A DNA stretch of 32,187 bases from Octopus bimaculoides (Eukaryota): the NCBI RefSeq assembly GCF_001194135.2, contig NC_069007.1:17093946-17126132 (forward strand), in the 5' to 3' direction. The translations under genes and the position numbers were made by a program. Below, one piece after another: positions 10,084-19,174 of the stretch (the first letter of the stretch is position 1; every line of letters begins with the position of its first letter). The notes beneath the pieces were generated by a model, which was not told the DNA's origin, made no database searches, and worked only from the letters and a program-made list of their open reading frames with translations.

Positions 10084-10462
10084 CAGTGGCCCTCAACCAT
10101 TTTTTACCTCTGGACTCCTTTGATTCTTATTTTACTCTTCTGGACCCCCATAGCCATTTGTCATATATAAAAAAAACCCTATTCATCATCATCATCATCG
10201 TCGTTTAACGTCCGCTTTCCATGCTAGCATGGGTTGGACGATTTGATTGAGGACTGGTGAAACTAGATGGCTGCACCAGGCTCCAATCTGATTTGGCAGA
10301 GTTTCTACAGCTGGATGCCCTTCCTAACGCCAACCACTCCGAGAGTGTAGTGGGTGCTTTTATGTGCCACCGGAATCAAATGTTATTAGGAATTCAATGA
10401 AAAATATGTTAGAATATCCTGTGTAATAAATTTTAACAACAAAATCTTATAAGGACCCCCAT
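10084..10462. mobile_element. hAT-like MITE interrupted by an RTE 3'-tail insertion
   Basis: CAGTGGCCCTCAACC start; TAAATTTTAACAACAAAATCTTATAAGGACCCCC matches the reverse complement of 4960-4995. Confidence 0.55.
10183..10375 (-). mobile_element. 5'-truncated RTE 3'UTR copy with (GAT)n tail
   Basis: Nearly identical to 23920-24100 and to the reverse complement of 17810-17997. Confidence 0.85.
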
Positions 10463-10629
10463 AACTTGCCAAAGAAACCATAATTTTCAGTGAATGGTGT
10501 TGTATGATTTGGGGTTACTCACCTCGATTAGTGAAACTCTGTGGTTTATGGCTGTTGGGACCATAATTTTCAGTGCAAGTTATTTTAGTTGGATTACCCA
10601 CCCCAACTGTAAAGCTTTCCACTGCAATT

Positions 10630-10875
10630 GCATTACAGCTCCTATCCATCATCACCACTTATACTTTGTCTTGTCTGTTGCAGCTCCTATACACTGTCAC
10701 CACAGCCTATACTATATTCTGTCTCTTTAACAGCTCCTGTACAACACTTTACCAGTACTTTCACTACTACTCTAACCTGTGTTATATCCTCTCTCTCTCT
10801 ATTCCACCACCACTACCACTATTACTATAACCTATATCATATCCTGTCTCTTTCTATTACAGCTTCTCTACACAA
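10630..10875 (+). repeat. Degenerate tandem repeat whose unit contains the XPB 3' splice site
   Basis: YnCAG|CTCCT(A/G)(T/C)AC units with AG at 10637-38, 10682-83 and 10732-33; the true acceptor is at 10861-62. Confidence 0.65.
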
Positions 10876-10999
10876 TGAACCCCAACAAATTCCAGTCCTG
10901 CCAATTCCTAATTCAGTTCCACGAGAGAAGGAATGACAAAATTATTGTCTTTTCAGACAATGTATTTGCCTTGAAGAACTATGCCATTAAATTGAACAA
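10863..10999 (+). CDS. ERCC3: XPB exon, motif IV region (phase 0-2)
   Basis: ttacAG acceptor, GTACGT donor. Translates [45 protein letters not shown](K). Confidence 0.97.
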
Positions 11000-11154
11000 G
11001 TACGTACATTCCTTTGTTGTTGTAGACTTGTCTTAGGCTGGACTTGATTCAGTAGACTTTGTTCCAAATGGGGATTCTACTCGTGTCCATCTCATCTGTT
11101 TTACACACTTTGTATGCCTAAATGTATCTAGGACTATGTTATTGAATTTGCCCT

Positions 11155-11415
11155 TTTTCAACTCATTTGTTACCATATTTCTGTTGTAATATACTTTGTT
11201 ACAATTAAGTTTGAAAATAACAAAGAATTCAGTTAAGTAATTTTGTCGTTAGTAAACCGGTGTTCAGAACATTAATTAACATAGACTTTTGATGGAAGAT
11301 TTTAATATAAATCACTGTAACACTTTTGCTTACCATATTTCTGTTGAAATATGCTGCCTTTGTTTCAATTAATTTAGAAAATATTAAGAATTTAGTAAAG
11401 TAAGTTTCAGTGGTT
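11155..11415. mobile_element. Two partial tandem copies of MITE family 1
   Basis: TTACCATATTTCTGTTG... occurs twice and is the reverse complement of 334-560. Confidence 0.6.
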
Positions 11416-11424
11416 ATTTTTATA

Positions 11425-11531
11425 GGCGCAGGAGTGGCTGTGTGGTAAGTAGCTTGCTTACCAACCACATGGTTCCGGGTTCAGTCCCACTGCGTGGCAT
11501 CTTGAGCAAGTGTCTTGTACTCTATCCTCGG
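11425..11531 (+). mobile_element. SINE family A head (runs into gap)
   Basis: GGCGCAGGAGTGGCTGTGTGGTAAGTAGCTTGCTTACCAACCACATGGTTCCGGGTTCAGTCCC, identical over this stretch to the 22827 copy. Confidence 0.9.
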
Positions 11532-12143
11532 NNNNNNNNNNNNNNNNNNNNNNNNNNNNNNNNNNNNNNNNNNNNNNNNNNNNNNNNNNNNNNNNNNNNN
11601 NNNNNNNNNNNNNNNNNNNNNNNNNNNNNNNNNNNNNNNNNNNNNNNNNNNNNNNNNNNNNNNNNNNNNNNNNNNNNNNNNNNNNNNNNNNNNNNNNNNN
11701 NNNNNNNNNNNNNNNNNNNNNNNNNNNNNNNNNNNNNNNNNNNNNNNNNNNNNNNNNNNNNNNNNNNNNNNNNNNNNNNNNNNNNNNNNNNNNNNNNNNN
11801 NNNNNNNNNNNNNNNNNNNNNNNNNNNNNNNNNNNNNNNNNNNNNNNNNNNNNNNNNNNNNNNNNNNNNNNNNNNNNNNNNNNNNNNNNNNNNNNNNNNN
11901 NNNNNNNNNNNNNNNNNNNNNNNNNNNNNNNNNNNNNNNNNNNNNNNNNNNNNNNNNNNNNNNNNNNNNNNNNNNNNNNNNNNNNNNNNNNNNNNNNNNN
12001 NNNNNNNNNNNNNNNNNNNNNNNNNNNNNNNNNNNNNNNNNNNNNNNNNNNNNNNNNNNNNNNNNNNNNNNNNNNNNNNNNNNNNNNNNNNNNNNNNNNN
12101 NNNNNNNNNNNNNNNNNNNNNNNNNNNNNNNNNNNNNNNNNNN

Positions 12144-12308
12144 TGGTGAAAGAGTACAGCAGGGTTCGCCACCAACCCCCTGCCGGAGCCTCGTGGAGCT
12201 TTAGGTGTTTTCACTCAATAAACACTCACAACGCCCGGTCTGGGAATCGAAACCGTGATTCTATGACCGTGAGTCCGCTGCCCTAACCACTGGGCCATTG
12301 CGCCTCCA
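12144..12308 (-). mobile_element. SINE family C 5' part
   Basis: Matches 3448-3612. Confidence 0.88.
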
Positions 12309-12389
12309 CTCATGATTTGATAGGAAGTTTTAATTTAGATGACTTAAAGCAGAATAGTTGTGTCGTGGAACTGGTAGTAATAGTGTCCT

Positions 12390-12788
12390 TTACTTGTTTC
12401 AGTCATCAGACTGTAGCCATGCTGGAGCACCACTTTTAAGGGTTTAGTCAAACAGATCGATCCCAGTACCCTCTTTTTTTTGTTTTTAAAATCTGCTGCA
12501 TATTCTATCACTCCTTTTTGCTGAGCTGCTAAAGTATGGGGACATAAACGAACCAACACTGGTTGTCAAGTGATGGCGGGGGACAATCGCAGACACACTC
12601 CTACACACACACACACACACACACATATATACACAATGGGCTTCTTTCAGTTTCCGTCTATCAAATACACTCTTAAGTTCTTGGGTCGCCCCAGGGTTGT
12701 AGTAGAAAACATTTACCCAAGGTGCCATGCAGTGGGACTGAACCCAGAACCATGGTGGTTGGGAAGCAAACTTCTTATCACAAAGCCA
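12390..12788 (-). mobile_element. SINE family A, near full length with internal (TG)n
   Basis: Reverse complement aligns to 22827-23230 in both halves. Confidence 0.85.
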
Positions 12789-12880
12789 AAGTAAATAAAT
12801 ATACAGGTGTGTGTGTGTGTGTGTCTGTGTGTATATATTCACACATGTATATACATGTGCTCTTATGTTTCTTCTAACAG

Positions 12881-12977
12881 ACCGTACCTCTACGGACCAA
12901 CATCACAGGGAGAACGACTACAAATTCTACAAAATTTCCAGCACAATCCAAAAGTCAACACCATTTTCGTCTCCAAG
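12881..12977 (+). CDS. ERCC3: XPB exon (phase 2-0)
   Basis: taacAG acceptor, GTAATG donor. Translates (K)[32 protein letters not shown]. Confidence 0.97.
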
Positions 12978-13612
12978 GTAATGCTGTCTTTCTTTTTTAT
13001 TTATTACAGGTGTGTCTGTGCGTCACTGTTTAACTCTAGGTTAGACCTGATCCAGTAGCTCTATGGTCAAAAATGATCTAGTTATGACCATATATATATA
13101 TATATATATATANNNNNNNNNNNNNNNNNNNNNNNNNNNNNNNNNNNNNNNNNNNNNNNNNNNNNNNNNNNNNNNNNNNNNNNNNNNNNNNNNNNNNNNN
13201 NNNNNNNNNNNNNNNNNNNNNNNNNNNNNNNNNNNNNNNNNNNNNNNNNNNNNNNNNNNNNNNNNNNNNNNNNNNNNNNNNNNNNNNNNNNNNNNNNNNN
13301 NNNNNNNNNNNNNNNNNNNNNNNNNNNNNNNNNNNNNNNNNNNNNNNNNNNNNNNNNNNNNNNNNNNNNNNNNNNNNNNNNNNNNNNNNNNNNNNNNNNN
13401 NNNNNNNNNNNNNNNNNNNNNNNNNNNNNNNNNNNNNNNNNNNNNNNNNNNNNNNNNNNNNNNNNNNNNNNNNNNNNNNNNNNNNNNNNNNNNNNNNNNN
13501 NNNNNNNNNNNNNNNNNNNNNNNNNNNNNNNNNNNNNNNNNNNNNNNNNNNNNNNNNNNNNNNNNNNNNNNNNNNNNNNNNNNNNNNNNNNNNNNNNNNN
13601 NNNNNNNNNNNN

Positions 13613-13653
<41 letters not shown>

Positions 13654-13802
13654 ATATACATATATACGACGGGCTTCTTTCAGTTTCCGTCTACCAAATC
13701 CACTCACAAGGCATTGGTCAGCCCAAGGTGCCATGCAGTGGGACTGAACCCGGAACCATATGGTTGGTAAGCAAGCTACTCACCACACAGCCACTCCTGC
13801 GC
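13613..13802 (-). mobile_element. SINE family A 5' half with internal deletion
   Basis: Head at 13740-13802; (TA)n runs into the gap. Confidence 0.88.
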
Positions 13803-13893
13803 CTATATATATATATAATTGGTGTATGTTTGCATGTCTCTGTATTGAGCTGTCTGCATGTCTATATCCCTGTACCATTTTCTCTTACAACAG

Positions 13894-14011
13894 GTTGCAG
13901 ATACCTCATTCGATCTCCCAGAAGCCAATGTTCTCATCCAGATTTCTGCTCATGGTGGCTCACGACGACAGGAGGCACAGCGTTTGGGTAGAATTTTACG
14001 AGCTAAGAAAG
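13894..14011 (+). CDS. ERCC3: XPB exon, motifs V-VI (phase 0-1)
   Basis: aacAG acceptor, GTAGGT donor. Translates [39 protein letters not shown](G). Confidence 0.97.
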
Positions 14012-14056
14012 GTAGGTCTGTTTGGGTCAGTGTTTCCCAACTGGGGTTCCAAGTAC

Positions 14057-14443
14057 CATCATCATTACCATCCACTTTTCCATACTTGCATGGGTCAGGC
14101 AGAGTTTGTTGAGGCAAATTTTCTACAGCCAGATGCCCTTTCTGTTGTTGACCCTCACTTGTTTTCAAGCAAAGTAACTCATTGGAAACGAAACTCGGCT
14201 TGCGAAGACTTATTGGGGAAAGCGAAACCGTCAATGGCACCTGTGCCCAGCATCGCCTTCCTGGCATGTGTAAAGACATTCGAGCGAGATTGTTGCCAGT
14301 GCCCCTGGACTGGCTCTTGTGCGGGTGGCACGTAAAATACACCATTTTGAGCATGGCTGTTGCCAGTACCGCCTGACTGGCCTTTGTGCGGGTGACACGT
14401 AAAAACATCCTCTACACTCTCGGAGTGGTTGGCGTTAGGAAGG
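14057..14443. mobile_element. Composite: minus-strand RTE-type tail (14057-14165) plus plus-strand RTE 3'UTR fragment (14190-14443)
   Basis: 14057-14165 is the reverse complement of 14755-14945; 14210-14443 matches 17650-17870. Confidence 0.7.
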
Positions 14444-14499
14444 TTAAATTATGCAAAAATGTATTTGAGTTATATTTTCTGTTTAATTGTATTGTTTAA

Positions 14500-14945
14500 A
14501 TTCCCAACCACATGGCTGTGGGTTCAGTCCCACTTTGTAGCACCTTGGGCAAATGTCTTCTATTTTAGATCCTGGACAACCAAAGTTTTGTCAGCTGTTT
14601 TGCTTGATAGAAACTGAAAGAAGCCCTTTCTCTGCGCGTGTGTGTCTCATTACATTGACATTGTATGATAGTTGTAAGCGAGTATCACTTTCAAAGAGGC
14701 AGTAACTTGTTCCCAGTCTTTGATGTAAGCATGCCTGGACATAGAGAAATAAAACTACTTGAAAACAGGTGAGGGTTGGGAACAGGAAAGGTATCCACTG
14801 GATGTAGAAGATCTGCCTCAATAAATTCCATCTGACTCCTGCAGGCATGGAAAAGTGGACTCTGACTCTTGCAGGCATGGAAAAATGGATTCTGACTCTT
14901 ACAGGCATGGAAAAGTGGACATTAAAACAATGATGATAATGATAA
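14500..14945 (+). mobile_element. SINE A-type head/core joined to a different RTE-like tail ending (GAT)n; last 30 bp triplicated
   Basis: GGTTCAGTCCCAC...CCTTGGGCAAATGTCTT...GAAACTGAAAGAAGCCC, then a tail; 3 x 30 bp at 14831-14920. Confidence 0.75.
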
Positions 14946-15138
14946 TTTTTATTATCTAAAACATAATGACATTATTTGGGTCACAGTTTTTGAGGGGAGG
15001 GGATGAAAGGGAAAGTCAACTGGCAGAATTTGAACTTAGAACATGAAGACATTGTCTAATGATGCAAAAATAAATAATAATGCCTGCAAAAAAAATATGT
15101 CAGTCTCTCTCTCTGATTTCTTTCATTTTGTTATACAG

Positions 15139-15287
15139 GAGCTGCCGCTGAAGAATACAATGCTTACTTCTATTCTTTGGTGTCACAAGACACATTGGAG
15201 ATGCAGTATTCGATGAAACGACAGCGGTTTTTGGTAAACCAGGGTTACAGTTACAAAGTAATCACAAAATTAGCAGGGAAGGAAAAG
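15139..15287 (+). CDS. ERCC3: XPB exon (phase 1-0)
   Basis: atacAG acceptor, GTAAGA donor. Translates [50 protein letters not shown]. Confidence 0.94.
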
Positions 15288-16696
15288 GTAAGACTTTTGT
15301 GGCTCTATGCATTCTATTACTGAGTTGTATTAACTGAAGCAAGACTGTTGACCACATGATCATAGTTTCAAATTTTGCTTCTTATCAAACCTGTTGGCCA
15401 TTGTGTTGTAACCCAGGGGTCCTTAACCACTGGGCTGCAGATCAGTACCAGGTGGTGGGTCATTTTGTATTGGGCCATGTTATCGTCATGTATCATACTT
15501 TTGCAACATGTTGGTGACACTACAATGCAAATCTACTCAAATAGCGCAAGTTCTCCTATCAGATGGAGCCACAGTGTTTCTTTGTTCTGACTTTCTAATA
15601 GTATTTTCTTGGCAGAGATATTGTGGTGGTTTGCCATTGCTTTCCTCAACTGGATGGCCATTGGCCCTCAAGGAGATCATCTGTCCTTTGACAGGTTTTG
15701 TTTTCAGTCCTGTTGGGTGTCCAGACACCCTCCTCACAAGAGAAGCAAAAGCTACTCAAGTGAGGGACCCAGTTTAGTTGCCAATCACTTGACCATAGAA
15801 CTGGTAGTACTGGTTTATATTGTACCAATAACAGGTCTCCTCAACCTGTGATGAGACCATCGACCTGACATGGCCACATGGAAAGAATAAATTCTAAAAT
15901 TTTATTTCTATTTTATTGATTATTGCAGTCTGTAGAGTGTTTTTGCACTTTGTTGTGTTTTGTTTTGTGCCCGATCCTTTGGTCTGTGCAAAAATTGTCT
16001 TGCATAAAATCGGTTCATGGGGCAGAAAAAGTTGGTGGCTATTTTTGTAAGCCATGAACAGAATAAACATACCATGACTGACTCATGAACATTAAGGTGC
16101 TACTCGACTATGGACCACATGGTCATAGTTTCAAGATCTTGGTTTTGAATTGTCATCACTGCTTCTGTAGCTTTGCTTTTCTTATTCCCAGGGAGGGATT
16201 TTTGGCATGTTGTCCCTATGCAAATCCCTTTTTTTTACTTCTAAAAAAGACATAGACCATCCACATTAGTCTGGCCCTTATGCTTTGGCTTGTCCAGCTT
16301 GGGAGCCTCTATCAGGATCTTGTGCTCTGTCAGGGTCATTGAGACACACAAGCCACCACATCACAATAAAGATTGGACCTTTAAGTGATTTGCTGGGCTT
16401 GTTTGTGAGTAGAGTACAAGATTTTAATGTCCCCTTTTTTTGTATGATGTGTGCAAGGCCCGATATGACTGGCTGGATAATGAAACAGAATATTTGGGCC
16501 AGATATGGTTTAAATGTTAAAGGGTCAAGAAAAAAAGTAGTGGGGTCGGTCTGTTTGGCTAAAATCCTTCTGGGCAGTACCTGAGCGTGGTCACAGTCTA
16601 ATGACTGAAACAAGTTAATGATTAAAGATGTAAGATTTTAATGTATCCAGTTGAAGTGTTCTGAGGGAGGGCATTGTGTCTTTTTTTTCATTGCAG

Positions 16697-16807
16697 GACA
16701 AACTGGGCTATAGCACCAAGGAAGAACAGCTGCAACTTCTACAGAAAGTTCTGGCAGCCACTGATGCCGATGCTGAAGAAGAAATTGATGGTGCAATGAG
16801 ACCTATG
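16697..16807 (+). CDS. ERCC3: XPB exon (phase 0-0)
   Basis: ttgcAG acceptor, GTAGGT donor. Translates [37 protein letters not shown]. Confidence 0.92.
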
Positions 16808-16904
16808 GTAGGTGAATTAATGGAGGATAATGCATGTCTTTGTACTTGTAGTGTTTTATGTGTATGAGTACATGTGGGGTTGTGTATGTGTGTGGTTGTC
16901 TATA

Positions 16905-17075
16905 TGGTGCAGGCTTGGCTGTGTGGTTAAAAAGCTTGCTTCCCAACCATGTGGTGTGGGGTTCAATGCCTCTTCATGACACCTTGGGAAAGTGTCTTTT
17001 ACTACAATTCTAAGCCGACTAAAGCCTTATGAGTAGATTTGGTAAATGGAAACCGAAAGAAGCCTGTCATATATA
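16905..17075 (+). mobile_element. SINE family A 5' half
   Basis: TTGGCTGTGTGGTT...GGTTCAATGCC...CCTTGGGAAAGTGTCTT...GAAAGAAGCC. Confidence 0.8.
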
Positions 17076-17589
17076 TGTGCAGATGTGTGTATACCCATGT
17101 GATGGTTATAAAATGAGCATCACCACCATAGGAGTGATGTTTGTTTTTCAGTCTTCACTGGCCATAGGAATTTCGTCTGACCCGTGGATGCATGGAACAT
17201 CCTTTGGCATAGGTTGGGCAGCTTGTGTGCCAAAAGACTGTACCAAGCTCAACTGTCTGCTTTCTACGGCTGGCTACCCTTCCTAATGCTGGCCCTCTTT
17301 CAAGAGCATACTGGGTGCTTTCAATATAGCACCAGCACCAGTAAAGTCACCAAGTAACTTGTAAGACAAGACCCTCTCAACTGAAGGGTGGAGGAGCAGT
17401 TTGAGGGAAGTGGCTTTGTGTTTGGTGATGAAAAGTTAAAGCTTGATAGGGAGATAAATAGGGTCTTGCAGTAGAGGGGATATATAGCTTCCCCAGTTGG
17501 AGAGAGAAAGAGAGAGAGAAGATGGTGACGATGTGTCAGAGTGTACACTCAAGTTACAAGAATGTGAACATTAAATGATAATGATGATT

Positions 17590-18340
17590 ATGCGATATTA
17601 ATCATCTCTAGACTGTGATATCAATTTATCTGCACTGAAAGCAAAATCGTGAGGGCACCACCGTTCGAGCGTGATCGTTACCAGCGTCGCCTTCCTGGCA
17701 CTTCATTCGAGCGAGGTCGTTGCCAGTGCCGCTGGACTGGCTCCTGTGCAAGTGGCACGTAAAATACACCATTTCGAGTGTGGCCATTGCCAGTACCGCC
17801 TGACTGGCCTTCGTGCCAGTGGCACGTAAAAGCACCCACTACATTCTCGGAGTGGCTGGCGTTAGGAAGGGCATCCAGCTGTAGAAACTCTGCCAAATCA
17901 GATTGGAGCCTGGTGCAGCCATCTGGTTCGCCAGTCCTCAGTCAAATCGTCCAACCCATGCTAGCATGGAAAGTGGACTTTAAACAATGATGATGATGTG
18001 ATATCAATTTTCCTGTATTGTGATATCAGTTTGTTGATATTGCAATATCAATTTGTCTATATTGTGATATCAGTTTGTCTGTATTATGATGTCAGTTTTT
18101 TTAAAAATTATTTCCCTGTTTACTTAAGAATCTGTGATATCAGTTTGTCTATAATGTGGTATTGCTACGTCTATATTATGATATTTTGTCCATGTTATGC
18201 TATATCTGTATTGTGATATCAGTTTGTTCACACTGTGATATTAATTTGTTTATATTATGGTACAGATCTGTCTGTATTTTGACATTATTTTGTCTATATT
18301 ATCATATGCCTGTATTATGATATCACTTTGTCTGGAATTA
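17590..18340. repeat. ~22-bp minisatellite (consensus ~ATTGTGATATCAGTTTGTCTAT) split by an RTE tail
   Basis: Two units before 17635 and more than 10 degenerate units in 17997-18340. Confidence 0.75.
17630..17997 (+). mobile_element. RTE LINE 3'UTR copy with (GAT)n tail
   Basis: Same 3' end as the RTE copy at 23920-24655, which carries ORF2 C-terminal sequence. Confidence 0.85.
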
Positions 18341-18397
18341 TTTTTCTGTTGACTTAGAAATCTCTTAATGTGATTTTTTTTTTGTTTTTGTTTTTAG

Positions 18398-18520
18398 CTT
18401 CTTCGCAAAGGAGGCAGCATGAGTTCAATGTCTGGCGCAGACAATGCGTTCTATCTTGAATACAATCACAGAAGAGACAGCAAACACCAGCATCCCATCT
18501 TCAAACATTTCCGCAAATGA
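18398..18520 (+). CDS. ERCC3: XPB last coding exon with stop codon
   Basis: Poly-T tract plus TAG acceptor. Translates [40 protein letters not shown], matching the XPB C-terminus MSSMSGAD...HPxFKxFRK. Not present in the supplied ORF track. Confidence 0.95.
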   Translation, partial: LLRKGGSMSSMSGADNAFYLEYNHRRDSKHQHPIFKHFRK

Positions 18521-18719
18521 AAGGAACAATGACTTTATTTTTATTCCATTATTTTGTAATACCAGTAATATAATTGTATATAAAGATGATGAAAAAAAAT
18601 GAAAGCAAAACAGTTTACAATAATTGTCCAGAATTGTTCAGGGGTTGGAAAAATGTTTTGTGGTGTTCTTTTTTTGTTTTGTTTATATTGTGAAAACAAT
18701 GGGTGCAGGTGTGTCAGAA

Positions 18720-18845
18720 GAACAGGTGTGGGTCTGTGGTTATGAGATTTAGCTTCCAACCATATGGTCTTGATTTCAGTTCCAGTCTGCAGCAATTTTG
18801 ACAAGGTCTTGTGAGTGGATTTGGTAGACTGAAACTAAAAGAAGT
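18720..18845 (+). mobile_element. Degenerate SINE family A 5' half
   Basis: CCAACCATATGG...TTCAGTTCCA...TTGTGAGTGGATTTGGTAGACTGAAACT. Confidence 0.6.
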
Positions 18846-18949
18846 ATTTTGTGTGTGCGTGTGCATGAGAGTGTGGTGTGTGCGTGCATGAGAGTGCAGT
18901 GTGGTGTGTGTGTGTGTGTGTGTGTGTATACTCTTGTTTTGACCTGCCC

Positions 18950-19160
18950 AGTTTGAACATAATGCAGATAGACTATTTTGGGTAAGTTATGGTCAGTTTA
19001 AAACCCTTTAGCATTCAGATTACTCTGTCAAATATAATAGTTATTTACTCACATTGTTTTGAATTAATCATGTGTTATCTCATAGCTTCAAGATTGTTTA
19101 TTTTTAGAATGACATTGTAGGGTAGGTGTGATAGGTCAGATCTGGTCAGTATGAACATAA
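18950..19160. mobile_element. piggyBac-like MITE family 2 (partial copies)
   Basis: AACCCTTTAGCATTCAGATTACTCTGTCAAA... as at 8750-9160. Confidence 0.7.
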
Positions 19161-19174
19161 AAGAGGTATAAGAA

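Noticed and set aside
15590-15650. BovB-like RTE tail motif (GTGGTTTGCCATTGCTTTCC)
   Set aside because: The match is too short and recalled only from memory, so I did not call it as a feature.
14831-18340. CRISPR-like arrays (30-bp and 22-bp repeats)
   Set aside because: The repeats are contiguous without unique spacers, the context is a eukaryotic intron, and there are no cas genes.
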